DNA from: a virus
Taxonomy: Duplodnaviria > Caudoviricetes
Virus record (IMG/VR): IMGVR_UViG_3300025110_000018
Location: 1 to 53,856 of that record
DNA: 53,856 nucleotides
Direction: 5' to 3' (one strand)
The position numbers and the translations under genes were made by a program. Each line of letters opens with the position of its first letter. Position 1 is the first letter of the stretch. Below, piece by piece: positions 36,184 to 44,320 of this stretch. The notes beneath the pieces were generated by a model. That model searched no databases, was not told where the DNA came from, and saw only the letters and a program-made list of their open reading frames with translations.

Positions 36184-36953
36184 GATATATTAATTTGACC
36201 TCCCATTCCAGAGTGATTTGTACAATAGTAGTATAACGTACTAGGTGCACTTGCATCAACAGTTATTTCAGTATAAGCACCTGCTTGTCCAGCTATGCCA
36301 GATGTAGTAACACCTGTTGTATATTCTGTTCCACCAGAATGTGTTCCACCACTTGTTGTTGAAAATCTTAGTGGATGATTATCATTTGAAGCATCAGACT
36401 GATCAAATCTATATGTTGATCCTATTGTTAAAGATAAAGTATCTTGTTGAACTCCATCTATATAATACTTGTTTCCAGATCCAGGATTAGCAACTGTCAC
36501 TGCATAAACTGTAACTGAAGTAGTTGTAGTTGTAACACTATTTAAAGATAGACTTGATGATATAGCAGTAGGAATAACTAGAGTATTATTTACAACTCCG
36601 GTTATACTTACGTTACCTAAAGACATAAATGCTTGTCTTTTATTATTTACAGAAGATCCATCATCAGGAATCATACCACTTGACTGAAATGCAAAATCTC
36701 CTGGTAAATTTAAATCTACATTCATAAAACCACCATCACCTGATGCCTGAGTAAAGATTTGTGGTCTTGCGTTTCTTAAACCTTGACCATCTGCTGTGGT
36801 TGGTTTTGGTTCTAACTGTGGATGCTTTTCTTCAAATTCAGAAACATGTACTCTTGATCCATTCCATTCAATAACCATTTCTGAATATGGAAATGCTTGA
36901 CCAGAACGATCAGAAATAAATTGTGCATATTTTCCTCTAGATAAATTAGACAT
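36180..36953 (-). CDS. Structural protein with a C-terminal cupredoxin-like domain
   Basis: N-terminal ISDRSG..KHPQL; C-terminal NHPLRF...LYYYCTNHSGMGG. Confidence 0.65.
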   Translation of the reverse strand: MSNLSRGKYAQFISDRSGQAFPYSEMVIEWNGSRVHVSEFEEKHPQLEPKPTTADGQGLRNARPQIFTQASGDGGFMNVDLNLPGDFAFQSSGMIPDDGSSVNNKRQAFMSLGNVSITGVVNNTLVIPTAISSSLSLNSVTTTTTSVTVYAVTVANPGSGNKYYIDGVQQDTLSLTIGSTYRFDQSDASNDNHPLRFSTTSGGTHSGGTEYTTGVTTSGIAGQAGAYTEITVDASAPSTLYYYCTNHSGMGGQINIS

Positions 36954-37668
36954 TTGGATAATAAGTTTTTGGTGTTATGAAAGAACTTGAAGCAGAACCA
37001 TCTTCTTCTAGTGCTCTTTTTAATTCATCTTCATACAATAATTTCATTTGTTGTGTAAGTTGTGGATTTATTTTTTGTGATAGATAGTAAGATAAACCTG
37101 CAACCATACAAGGCACAAATCTATATGGTACATCTGCTTCGTTAGTATAGTTTCCGGCATCCTGTATTCTGCTTACATAATAGTAATTTAAAAAATTACC
37201 TGCTTCGCTTGCACCAGGCGTCAGGTACAAAGTAATTGTAATTTTATCAATAAATCTTTGAACATAGTATTGGGTAGGTACACCTGTTTGAGTTTTATTT
37301 GAAAGACCTTGATATGCTGATCTATTTATTTTTGTAAGAGGAAAATCAACTGAAGAAGAGTTTCTATACACAGCTTCTAGTATATCATCTACGCCATAAA
37401 CTGCAGTTGCATCAGAAGTTCCATCAGATGTTGATCTAAACATTGTATAAACTGATTGACCATTTACTAATGTGATTGAATTATTTTTTACTTGCCAATA
37501 ATGCAAACCTCTGTTCGCCCATTCTTGAAACATTATATTTAAAGAACGTCTTGCAGATCTTAAATCGTTTCCTGAATAATCAAAACGACCTAATCTTTCA
37601 TACGCTTCAGTAATAATATCATCAATACTAAACGTAGATTCAAATGTTGTTGTACCAGAAGTTGCCAT
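36946..37668 (-). CDS. Head-tail connector / tail tubular protein A-like
   Basis: IITEAYER..ARRSLN..EWANRG..GVPTQYY..VPYRF; neck position. Confidence 0.65.
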   Translation of the reverse strand: MATSGTTTFESTFSIDDIITEAYERLGRFDYSGNDLRSARRSLNIMFQEWANRGLHYWQVKNNSITLVNGQSVYTMFRSTSDGTSDATAVYGVDDILEAVYRNSSSVDFPLTKINRSAYQGLSNKTQTGVPTQYYVQRFIDKITITLYLTPGASEAGNFLNYYYVSRIQDAGNYTNEADVPYRFVPCMVAGLSYYLSQKINPQLTQQMKLLYEDELKRALEEDGSASSSFITPKTYYPNV

Positions 37669-37677
37669 TTAAACCTC

Positions 37678-37962
37678 TTATTTATCTATAAGTAATGTTG
37701 CACCTGCAATATTTGTGATAGTAGAAACTTTCATTCCTCCAGGAAATAATATTCCATCTTCTGGAATATTAAATGCAAAAACATCTCCTGTTGGACAGTC
37801 TCCTTGAAATAAAGTTGTACTATCAGTATTGTCTTGTAGAATTATTGAACCTGCACCGCCACCATCAGAAGCAAGAATAAGTCCTCTTAGTCTTGTTCTT
37901 CCAGCGAATACTGCGCCCGTTCCTGCAACTCTTACTGCTTTTACGTCACCTTTTGCCGCCAT
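37678..37962 (-). CDS. Small structural protein
   Basis: 94 aa, AGGAG SD, IPEDGILF motif. Confidence 0.65.
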   Translation of the reverse strand: MAAKGDVKAVRVAGTGAVFAGRTRLRGLILASDGGGAGSIILQDNTDSTTLFQGDCPTGDVFAFNIPEDGILFPGGMKVSTITNIAGATLLIDK

Positions 37963-37976
37963 AGTTTTCTCCTATT

Positions 37977-38003
37977 AAAATTGTGTGGGCCCGAAGGCCC
38001 ACA
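37977..38003 (-). terminator. Rho-independent terminator with C(UUCG)G tetraloop
   Basis: Minus strand TGTGGGCC-TTCG-GGCCCACA followed by CAATTTT. Confidence 0.75.
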
Positions 38004-38014
38004 TTAATTATTTA

Positions 38015-38293
38015 TTACGATGCAGATATGTTTGCTAACGTGTCTAATCTTTTCCAGTTTGTACCATCTGAAAAAGCATAAACAGCTGAGCCTGCTGCAC
38101 CATCTTGTACGTAAACTAATACACCTTCATTAGCAGATGCTTCAAGACTATTAGTTCCGTCTGTGATTGTGTTAGCGTCTGTAACTGTATAAGGAGTTTT
38201 TCCACCTTGTTGGGTGTCTCCTGCGTTAACGTTAGGTCCACCAATAAAACCATTTAATGATGTTACCGGTCCTGTAAATGTAGTGTTTGCCAT
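38015..38293 (-). CDS. Small virion protein (possible capsid fibre or decoration)
   Basis: MANTTFTGPV N-terminus, ..AFSDGTNWKR; AGGAGG SD. Confidence 0.7.
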   Translation of the reverse strand: MANTTFTGPVTSLNGFIGGPNVNAGDTQQGGKTPYTVTDANTITDGTNSLEASANEGVLVYVQDGAAGSAVYAFSDGTNWKRLDTLANISAS

Positions 38294-38299
38294 AATTGT

Positions 38300-38375
38300 A
38301 TCCTCCTAGTTTCCGAACATAGTCTCTAGGCCGTCGACTATACGCGTCTATGTTCTAATTTAATTGTATAGTAAA
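38300..38375 (-). ncRNA. Structured RNA element (double pseudoknot), possibly related to the Mu-gpT-DE motif
   Basis: Three interleaved perfect helices of 7, 8 and 5 bp in a GC-enriched intergenic stretch downstream of the capsid gene. Confidence 0.6.
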
Positions 38376-38378
38376 GTT

Positions 38379-38407
38379 TTTATATACTAGTTTTTAGTAG
38401 AGTGCAA
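38379..38407 (-). promoter_or_regulatory. Sigma70-type promoter preceding the structured RNA
   Basis: TTGCAC, 17-nt spacer, TATAAA; predicted start near 38372, at the first helix. Confidence 0.5.
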
Positions 38408-38455
38408 GAGAGCCTGTGATGTGGAGTGGATTTTTTCCAACGATGTAGCTTTTTA

Positions 38456-38680
38456 TTAAGTAGCTACAGAAACTTGTGGAGCAATGGCATCAACTTTATT
38501 TCTAAGGTGGGCTTCTTTGGCCTCAGCCTTTTTTATATGTTGAACGATCTTTTTAACTTGGTCGTCGATCCTTACCATATTCAAGGTATATCTACCTTGA
38601 TTAAGATGCTCTTGCTTCCATTTTAGGTCCAGTGTCTCCTTTTGTTTGTAGAGATCCTGGATGTGCGGTTGCATCGTCAT
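38456..38680 (-). CDS. Hypothetical protein
   Basis: 74-aa helical ORF; GAGG upstream. Confidence 0.6.
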   Translation of the reverse strand: MTMQPHIQDLYKQKETLDLKWKQEHLNQGRYTLNMVRIDDQVKKIVQHIKKAEAKEAHLRNKVDAIAPQVSVAT

Positions 38681-38873
38681 TTATAACCTCCTCATAGGTT
38701 ATTCTGTACTTGTTGGAGTCAAATACATTTTCTCCAACATATTCCCATTTTATATCATTTAGTCCTAGTTTGTCAACTATTGCTTGCTCGAGGGAAACTG
38801 CATCATCGTTAGATGATACTATAAATTTTGCATAATGACCGTACGCGTTTATGGTAACTGTAAATTTTTTCAT
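38601..38873 (-). CDS. Hypothetical protein
   Basis: 90-aa ORF following the capsid hairpin. Confidence 0.6.
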   Translation of the reverse strand: MKKFTVTINAYGHYAKFIVSSNDDAVSLEQAIVDKLGLNDIKWEYVGENVFDSNKYRITYEEVINDDATAHPGSLQTKGDTGPKMEARAS

Positions 38874-38895
38874 GAGTATTTCTTTTTACTTTCTA

Positions 38896-38924
38896 AATGA
38901 GGCGAGATTGTGTCTCGCCTCATT
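38896..38924 (-). terminator. Stem-loop after the major capsid gene (terminator or mRNA stabiliser)
   Basis: AATGAGGCGAGA-N5-TCTCGCCTCATT 12-bp stem; weak U-tail. Confidence 0.7.
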
Positions 38925-38935
38925 CAAATTAATTA

Positions 38936-39838
38936 TTATGCACCTGGTGATGCGAAAATACCTCTAAAGTCAGATACACCAAATGAGTATCTTTCTCTAG
39001 CTTTGTATCTCACGTTACCAGTATCGAAGTCGCCTTCCATAGCCGTTTTAATTGGGCTTCTGTCAAACATCTTCATACCGTTAGGCACGTCAGTTAAGAT
39101 GTAGAACGCATCTGGGTCTGTTAAGAAATTGTTCACTCTGTAACCTTGAGGAACCATTCCCATAGACACGATTGCGTTAACATCGTTGTCTGCTGTTCCG
39201 ACTCTACCTTGAGATTTCATTAATCTCTCAGCTGTGAATTGAAGCTCAGAAGGAATAATCATTTTTGTACCTCTTGCAGCAATTTTTAGACCTCTTTCGT
39301 CTGTCATTGCAGCAATGTCAATTAATGATTGCTCTAATGAAGTTTCATTTAAGTCAGCAGCCACTGCTAATGTGTTTGATACAGTTCCACTTACAGTTGG
39401 GTGGTTAGTTGCAAATAATGCAGAACCATCACCTGAAGTGAATGTACCGAAACCATTAATCAATGGATTAACAGCTTTAACTTGTTTAGTGTTCGCCATA
39501 GATCTAGCTAATGCTTTAGTATATCTACTAGCAAGTCTGTCATACAAGTTATCCTCAATTGCTTCTTCAGTTATAGAGAAGGCAAGAGCCACAGTTTCGT
39601 GTGTATATCTTGCAGTGAAAGTCTCTTGAGCATTGTCAAAAGTTACTCCACTTCCTTCTGGTTTAACTTGAGCTTGAGCGAAACCTGATAACATAACTTC
39701 TTCTTCAAACGCTCTGTCTGAAGATTCAGTAGTGTATATTTCAGCATGCTGATTCTCATAACGTTTATATTCCAGGCCGAATAAAGCATTCAAACCTGGC
39801 TCTAGTTCTTTAACTAGTTGTCCTCTTGATATCGCCAT
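38936..39838 (-). CDS. Major capsid protein (Mu gpT-like family)
   Basis: MAISRGQLVKELEPGLNALFG..ITEEAIEDNLY..RYKARERYSFG; AAGGAG SD; 3' hairpin; position after the scaffold gene. Confidence 0.9.
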   Translation of the reverse strand: MAISRGQLVKELEPGLNALFGLEYKRYENQHAEIYTTESSDRAFEEEVMLSGFAQAQVKPEGSGVTFDNAQETFTARYTHETVALAFSITEEAIEDNLYDRLASRYTKALARSMANTKQVKAVNPLINGFGTFTSGDGSALFATNHPTVSGTVSNTLAVAADLNETSLEQSLIDIAAMTDERGLKIAARGTKMIIPSELQFTAERLMKSQGRVGTADNDVNAIVSMGMVPQGYRVNNFLTDPDAFYILTDVPNGMKMFDRSPIKTAMEGDFDTGNVRYKARERYSFGVSDFRGIFASPGA

Positions 39839-39854
39839 AGTTATTTACTCCTTA

Positions 39855-40424
39855 TTAGATACCTGCTTCTTGTTTCAAGAAGTGTTCGTTAATTGTAACA
39901 ACAAAGTTTACGTTTGCAGAAGTAAGATCATTGTTGTCAGGGTCTTTAGAAACACCGATAACCTTTAATTGGCCATCAGTAGTTGCTAAATCTCCATCGT
40001 CTAGTTCTACTTTTGAAACGTAATCAGGTGAGCTTCCTGCTGCGTATGCAATATTAGCAACATTACCAATATCAGTTTGTGCAGAAGCGCCTGCGTTGTT
40101 TGATTGTACTTCAAACCTCTCATACGGGTCATCAGATATGAATCCAACAATGTCTGTTGCAGTGTTAGATGCATCTAAATGATTCGCAAAAGTAGGCTTG
40201 CTTGATGTTGCATCAGTAAAGAAAACACCGTTTAGTGATCCGATTAAAACATCGCCTGCTGCAGCTACTCCAATTGTTCCAGTTGCTAACATTTCAACTG
40301 GGTCTTGGAAATAGATAGCTGTTGCAGATGCTGCAATACTATATTCAGATAAACCACCGTTGTCTCTATTCTGACCAACTTTTCCGATCGGTTTTAAACC
40401 GAAAGCAGCGTCTTTATTTGCCAT
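39855..40424 (-). CDS. Capsid-associated (decoration / cement) protein
   Basis: MANKDAAFGLKP, D/A/G-rich, directly upstream of the capsid gene, AAGGAGG SD. Confidence 0.6.
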   Translation of the reverse strand: MANKDAAFGLKPIGKVGQNRDNGGLSEYSIAASATAIYFQDPVEMLATGTIGVAAAGDVLIGSLNGVFFTDATSSKPTFANHLDASNTATDIVGFISDDPYERFEVQSNNAGASAQTDIGNVANIAYAAGSSPDYVSKVELDDGDLATTDGQLKVIGVSKDPDNNDLTSANVNFVVTINEHFLKQEAGI

Positions 40425-40479
40425 AGTTGTGTCCTCCTTATAGACATTTAGTTTAGCTTACTTCAGTTGGTATAAAATC

Positions 40480-40944
40480 TTATGATTTCTTTGTACCACC
40501 AAAAGTTACACGAGTTTGTCTATCAATATTGATAGGCATACTTGGGTGCTGCTCCTTCATAAGATCGTTATCGACTGCTTCAACATTGTCTGCACCTTGT
40601 TTAACATAGTATTCAGAACGTTGTTGTGCGATCTCTTCCGGTACCCTTGCAAGCAAAAGGCCACCAACTCCGATCACTCCCTTGTATTTGCCGTCTTCAA
40701 CAATTGGAAAGTCTGAATCTGGATATTCATCAGATCTAACTAATTCGTATCCTGATCTTATTCTTCCAGCGATATTTTTTGTATCTTGGAAGCCTAAACT
40801 TTCAGCTCTTATCCATCTGTGCTGAAATCCTGTCGGCGCAGGGGGTGCATCTAAAGATGACGGTGGAGTCCAAACTTTTTTTCGAGATTCTTTTTCTCTA
40901 GTCTGACTCGCACGAGAAGTTCTTGTTTCATTTTCATTACTCAT
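40480..40944 (-). CDS. Head-module hypothetical protein
   Basis: WTPPSSLDAP..HRWIR..GGLLLARVP. Confidence 0.7.
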   Translation of the reverse strand: MSNENETRTSRASQTREKESRKKVWTPPSSLDAPPAPTGFQHRWIRAESLGFQDTKNIAGRIRSGYELVRSDEYPDSDFPIVEDGKYKGVIGVGGLLLARVPEEIAQQRSEYYVKQGADNVEAVDNDLMKEQHPSMPINIDRQTRVTFGGTKKS

Positions 40945-40948
40945 ATGC

Positions 40949-41899
40949 TTATACCTCCTTCGTGATTTTTAATTGTTTCGCATACTCTTCAAGTGGCACA
41001 CCTAATTTTTTAGCAATTGCGACTTGAGACGGTGTGAGTCTCACGGTTTTGCGACCAGTATTTGTACTTCGCTTCGCACTAGCTACTGTTTGTACGGGTT
41101 TGGTCGATCCTTCCCCTAAATTAGATCTATTTGTATCAAATTTGTGTGGGAATTCAAGTCTTATTCTTTTATCAATCTCTTGATAATATTCATCTGACTG
41201 TGGGTCAAAACCCTCTTGTTCCGTTAGGGTTTTATGTAGATCAAATGCCGTATAAGTCATAGCATTATCCTGACCAAACCATGTATTTCTGGCTGCCCAT
41301 TCTTCCGCTTTTGGATCTGGAGCTTGTTGTTGTCTAGGTGTTTGATCTAATTTGACCTCTGGTTGTTGTTTCTTTTTATTATTAAACTCTTCCTGAGCCA
41401 CTTTAGTTTCAGTAAGTTTAGCTTTTTTATAACCAAGTTCAGATATAGCAGTTAAAGCTTCTGCTTCAGCACCTAGATCATTTGCTTCTCTAGCTGCAGC
41501 AAGTTTAGCTTGTGCTGCTTGTAGACCTGAAGTGATACTATCTTCTGTAGATTGCAAGTATCCTGGTTCAAGCTTTGAGATTTTAGCTTCAGCTTCTTCT
41601 TTTAATTTAATTTGCGCTTTTGCAAATTGAGCAGCTTCCTCTTTTTGTCTCTCTGCTTCTCTCCACTTATGGGTTAGTTTAGCTATTCTTCTTTGTACAG
41701 ATTCACTGTACTGTTCTAATTCTTTTTCTTTCTCTTCTTTTGGTTCTTCTTTCTTTTCTACTTCTTCAGTTTTAGCTTCAACTTCTGGTGTTTCTACTTC
41801 TGGAGCTTCTGTCTCTTTAGAATCATTTTCTAATTCAATTTCAGCACCTGGACCAGATGTATCAATGTCAACTGTTTTGTTTTCTTCTACGTCAGGCAT
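40949..41899 (-). CDS. Putative capsid scaffolding protein
   Basis: Acidic N-terminus, long coiled coil, C-terminal LTPSQVAIAKKLGVPLEEYAK; lies between portal and capsid genes. Confidence 0.7.
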   Translation of the reverse strand: MPDVEENKTVDIDTSGPGAEIELENDSKETEAPEVETPEVEAKTEEVEKKEEPKEEKEKELEQYSESVQRRIAKLTHKWREAERQKEEAAQFAKAQIKLKEEAEAKISKLEPGYLQSTEDSITSGLQAAQAKLAAAREANDLGAEAEALTAISELGYKKAKLTETKVAQEEFNNKKKQQPEVKLDQTPRQQQAPDPKAEEWAARNTWFGQDNAMTYTAFDLHKTLTEQEGFDPQSDEYYQEIDKRIRLEFPHKFDTNRSNLGEGSTKPVQTVASAKRSTNTGRKTVRLTPSQVAIAKKLGVPLEEYAKQLKITKEV

Positions 41900-41914
41900 A
41901 GTTTCCTCCTATGA

Positions 41915-42385
41915 TTAATATTGATGAAGTATATCTTCAGGGTTTTCGATGGTTGCTAAAACTTCATCGTCATTTAGCAATCTTACTTCCCCACCATCGA
42001 TCTGAATTCTAGATCCAGCGTATCTTGCAAAAATTATCCAATCACCTTTTTTACACCAAGGACCTTCTGGAAATTTTTCTTTGTCATAACAATGTGGACC
42101 TTGTGCTAAGACAAGACCACAAGTAGAACCTACTTGTTGTCTTTCAAGTGTATCTTGTCCAAGATATAATCCACCTTTTGTTTTCTCTGGCATTTTAAAT
42201 GGAAGAACTAACATTCTCCATCCAGTAGGTGCGGGTAATTTGTTTGATTCTTTTTTCTTTAAACGTTCATAGCCATCAACTTCTTTTTGATTGGCTTCTG
42301 CATTTTGTTTTTCGTATTTATCTAATAGTGCAGATTTAGTCTTTGGGTCCGAATTGGACGACGTTGTCTGGTCTTTCAGTATCAT
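41915..42385 (-). CDS. groES: Co-chaperonin GroES (Cpn10) homologue
   Basis: PTGWRMLV, mobile loop EKTKGGLYL, GDWIIFARYAG, LLNDDEVLA. Confidence 0.9.
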   Translation of the reverse strand: MILKDQTTSSNSDPKTKSALLDKYEKQNAEANQKEVDGYERLKKKESNKLPAPTGWRMLVLPFKMPEKTKGGLYLGQDTLERQQVGSTCGLVLAQGPHCYDKEKFPEGPWCKKGDWIIFARYAGSRIQIDGGEVRLLNDDEVLATIENPEDILHQY

Positions 42386-42584
42386 TTTTTTTCTCCTCTT
42401 TAGGGTTTAGCAGGGATGATATCTCCTGTGATATTCTTAAATAGGCATGTGCCTGTCCCATCATATACTTGTATTTTTCCATATTGTCAACACCACCTGC
42501 GATCATGGTATCTCCAATATTTTGATAAGACTCTTTTAAGTGTTTTTGTAGTTTAGATAGTATAACTGTTTCTTCAGGTAACAT
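42336..42584 (-). CDS. Hypothetical protein
   Basis: 82 aa, GGVDNMEKYKYMMG; precedes groES. Confidence 0.65.
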   Translation of the reverse strand: MLPEETVILSKLQKHLKESYQNIGDTMIAGGVDNMEKYKYMMGQAHAYLRISQEISSLLNPKEEKKNDTERPDNVVQFGPKD

Positions 42585-42744
42585 ATGGTTTTTTTCCTTT
42601 ATTTATTCCTTCTTTAATTATGTAGTCTTGAGTGCCGTTCGCACCTATCTCTACTTCCTTTCTAAGATTCTTAAAAAGAATTTTTTGTCTATTTTCTTTT
42701 TCTTTTTGTTTTGAAAAAGCTTCTAATTTTTTCGTGTCCCGCAT
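42574..42744 (-). CDS. 56-aa basic hypothetical protein
   Basis: Hand translation MRDTKKLEAFSKQKEKENRQKILFKNLRKEVEIGANGTQDYIIKEGINKGKKPYVT. Confidence 0.55.
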   Translation of the reverse strand: MRDTKKLEAFSKQKEKENRQKILFKNLRKEVEIGANGTQDYIIKEGINKGKKPYVT

Positions 42745-42817
42745 AAAATATATTATCTATCTTTGTACAAAAATTGTCAACACCTACGAAGAATCTGTAA
42801 ATCCACTTATCTAGCAT
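42689..42817 (-). CDS. 42-aa hypothetical protein
   Basis: Hand translation MLDKWIYRFFVGVDNFCTKIDNIFYAGHEKIRSFFKTKRKRK; overlaps the upstream stop. Confidence 0.45.
   Translation of the reverse strand: MLDKWIYRFFVGVDNFCTKIDNIFYAGHEKIRSFFKTKRKRK
42752..42780 (-). promoter_or_regulatory. Sigma70-type promoter upstream of the groES-scaffold-capsid block
   Basis: TTGACA, 17-nt spacer, GATAAT; predicted start almost at ATG 42744. Confidence 0.5.
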
Positions 42818-43092
42818 TTCCATCTTCTTCTTGCTTGTCTTATTCTTGAATTAGGATCGTTTCTAGTTTTAGCTGATGATCTTTTAAGTTGACCCAATGA
42901 TCTTGCACAATATGACTTTCTACGTTTAGCAGCTTTTGATCCTGGTTTTACTTTACCAGTTACTGCTGTTTTTAATTTAGAACCTGGATTAGCACGTCTA
43001 TAAGCTCGAACTCCTTTAGCGGTCATACCAGCACCTGATTTAGTTGGTCTGTAATTTGCTCCTGGGCCTTTTGTTGTTTTTCTAATAGTCAT
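42811..43092 (-). CDS. Highly basic small protein
   Basis: GAGMTAKGV..NPGSKLK..RRKSYCARS..ARRRWKC. Confidence 0.75.
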   Translation of the reverse strand: MTIRKTTKGPGANYRPTKSGAGMTAKGVRAYRRANPGSKLKTAVTGKVKPGSKAAKRRKSYCARSLGQLKRSSAKTRNDPNSRIRQARRRWKC

Positions 43093-43352
43093 TATTTTTT
43101 CACAAATGTTTTTACGTTAGTTGGTTTTCCTCCAGGATTACCTGCAGCTCTTTTTCGTCTGACAGCAGAGGCCTTTTGCCCTTTTGTCATCCGTGTGGCT
43201 TTTGCAAGTGGTACGCATTTTGGATATTTTCTCTTTGAGCCTTTTGACCTCCCGCATGGTTGATACTTTCCATTCTTCTTCGGAGCTCCAATGTCTACCC
43301 ATTTTTCCGATACCCATTTTCTTAAACCACCTTCTGAATAATAACTACGCAC
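43092..43352 (-). CDS. Highly basic small protein
   Basis: Likely GTG start VRSYYSEGGLRKW..KWVDIG..YPKCVP. Confidence 0.7.
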   Translation of the reverse strand: MRSYYSEGGLRKWVSEKWVDIGAPKKNGKYQPCGRSKGSKRKYPKCVPLAKATRMTKGQKASAVRRKRAAGNPGGKPTNVKTFVKK

Positions 43353-43563
43353 AACCCATTCTCTTACGTCTAGCAAGACCTCCAACTCTATATGAGTCAC
43401 GCATCATTCCACCACCGGCTTTCTTTTTTCTACTTCCTTTTTTACCACCTGGTGTAATTTTACCAGAGCACACACCGGACGCGTACATGTTAGCGTACGC
43501 CGAAGGGTACACTTTGAATTTTCGCTTCGCTGCAGCTTTTCCTTTTGCACAAAGTTTAGCCAT
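43345..43563 (-). CDS. Highly basic small protein
   Basis: AKRKFKVYPSAYAN; two R-x5-GG tags at the C-terminus. Confidence 0.7.
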   Translation of the reverse strand: MAKLCAKGKAAAKRKFKVYPSAYANMYASGVCSGKITPGGKKGSRKKKAGGGMMRDSYRVGGLARRKRMGCA

Positions 43564-43727
43564 TATTTTTTACCCTTCATTGCAATCATCATCATAGATG
43601 GTTTTTTCTTAGTTTGTTTTTTATTTTTTTTAGCTTTTAATAATTTAAAATCATTTGCAGAAATTTTTCCATCACCGTCTGCATCTAGTTTAGCTTGACC
43701 ACCGGTTAAATATCTTTTTCTAAACAT
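43563..43727 (-). CDS. 54-aa basic protein with an EF-hand-like loop
   Basis: Hand translation MFRKRYLTGGQAKLDADGDGKISANDFKLLKAKKNKKQTKKKPSMMMIAMKGKK; TAATG-coupled at both ends. Confidence 0.7.
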   Translation of the reverse strand: MFRKRYLTGGQAKLDADGDGKISANDFKLLKAKKNKKQTKKKPSMMMIAMKGKK

Positions 43728-44110
43728 TATTTTTTTCCTCCCTTAAATATTTGTGTACCCTTTATACCATATATTGACGCCACTACAAGGATCCACAAAT
43801 TTGTGAACCATGACGGCAGCTGCTGGAACTGTTCAAAAAACATTTTTATCTTTTCTGATGCACCCGGATCGTCCGAGAAGACCCCCCAAGCGATCACCAA
43901 AATTGGCAGCGTGAGAATTACGAGAACCGCCTCGTCCTTCCAGTCCGATTGTCTAGCTTCTAATAATTTGCCAGAGTATTCTAACTCTCCAGAGGCCATT
44001 TTTTCTGCGTGCTTAGCCTGTGCATTGGCCATCATCATTTTAGTTTCTTGTTTCTTTTTATAAATGTGACTGCCAGCGTTTATAGCTAGTTTAATTGCAC
44101 TAAACCACAT
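43727..44110 (-). CDS. Membrane protein, possible holin
   Basis: Amphipathic N-terminus, SDWKDE, two transmembrane segments, basic tail. Confidence 0.55.
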   Translation of the reverse strand: MWFSAIKLAINAGSHIYKKKQETKMMMANAQAKHAEKMASGELEYSGKLLEARQSDWKDEAVLVILTLPILVIAWGVFSDDPGASEKIKMFFEQFQQLPSWFTNLWILVVASIYGIKGTQIFKGGKK

Positions 44111-44112
44111 AA

Positions 44113-44295
44113 TTAGTACGCTTTAGATTTTCTTTTCTTCTCTGATAACACTGCGCCTTGACCTTTTACTTCTTCTTCAGGTCCACCAGTGCCAATTAAG
44201 TTGTAAGATTTGTCTGCAGTAGTTTTTGATCTTGGATCGATCTCAGTTTGCTGCTCACCAACCTTAACATCTTGGATTTTATCTAATTTTTCCAT
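44113..44295 (-). CDS. Hypothetical protein
   Basis: 60 aa with AAGGAG SD. Confidence 0.65.
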   Translation of the reverse strand: MEKLDKIQDVKVGEQQTEIDPRSKTTADKSYNLIGTGGPEEEVKGQGAVLSEKKRKSKAY

Positions 44296-44320
44296 TTTTT
44301 ATCTCCTTATAAGTGTTAAT

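Noticed and set aside
38427-38468. Small hairpins TGGA-N5-TCCA and TGTAGCT-N11-AGCTACA
   Set aside because: Short and weak; they cannot be distinguished from chance without homologues.
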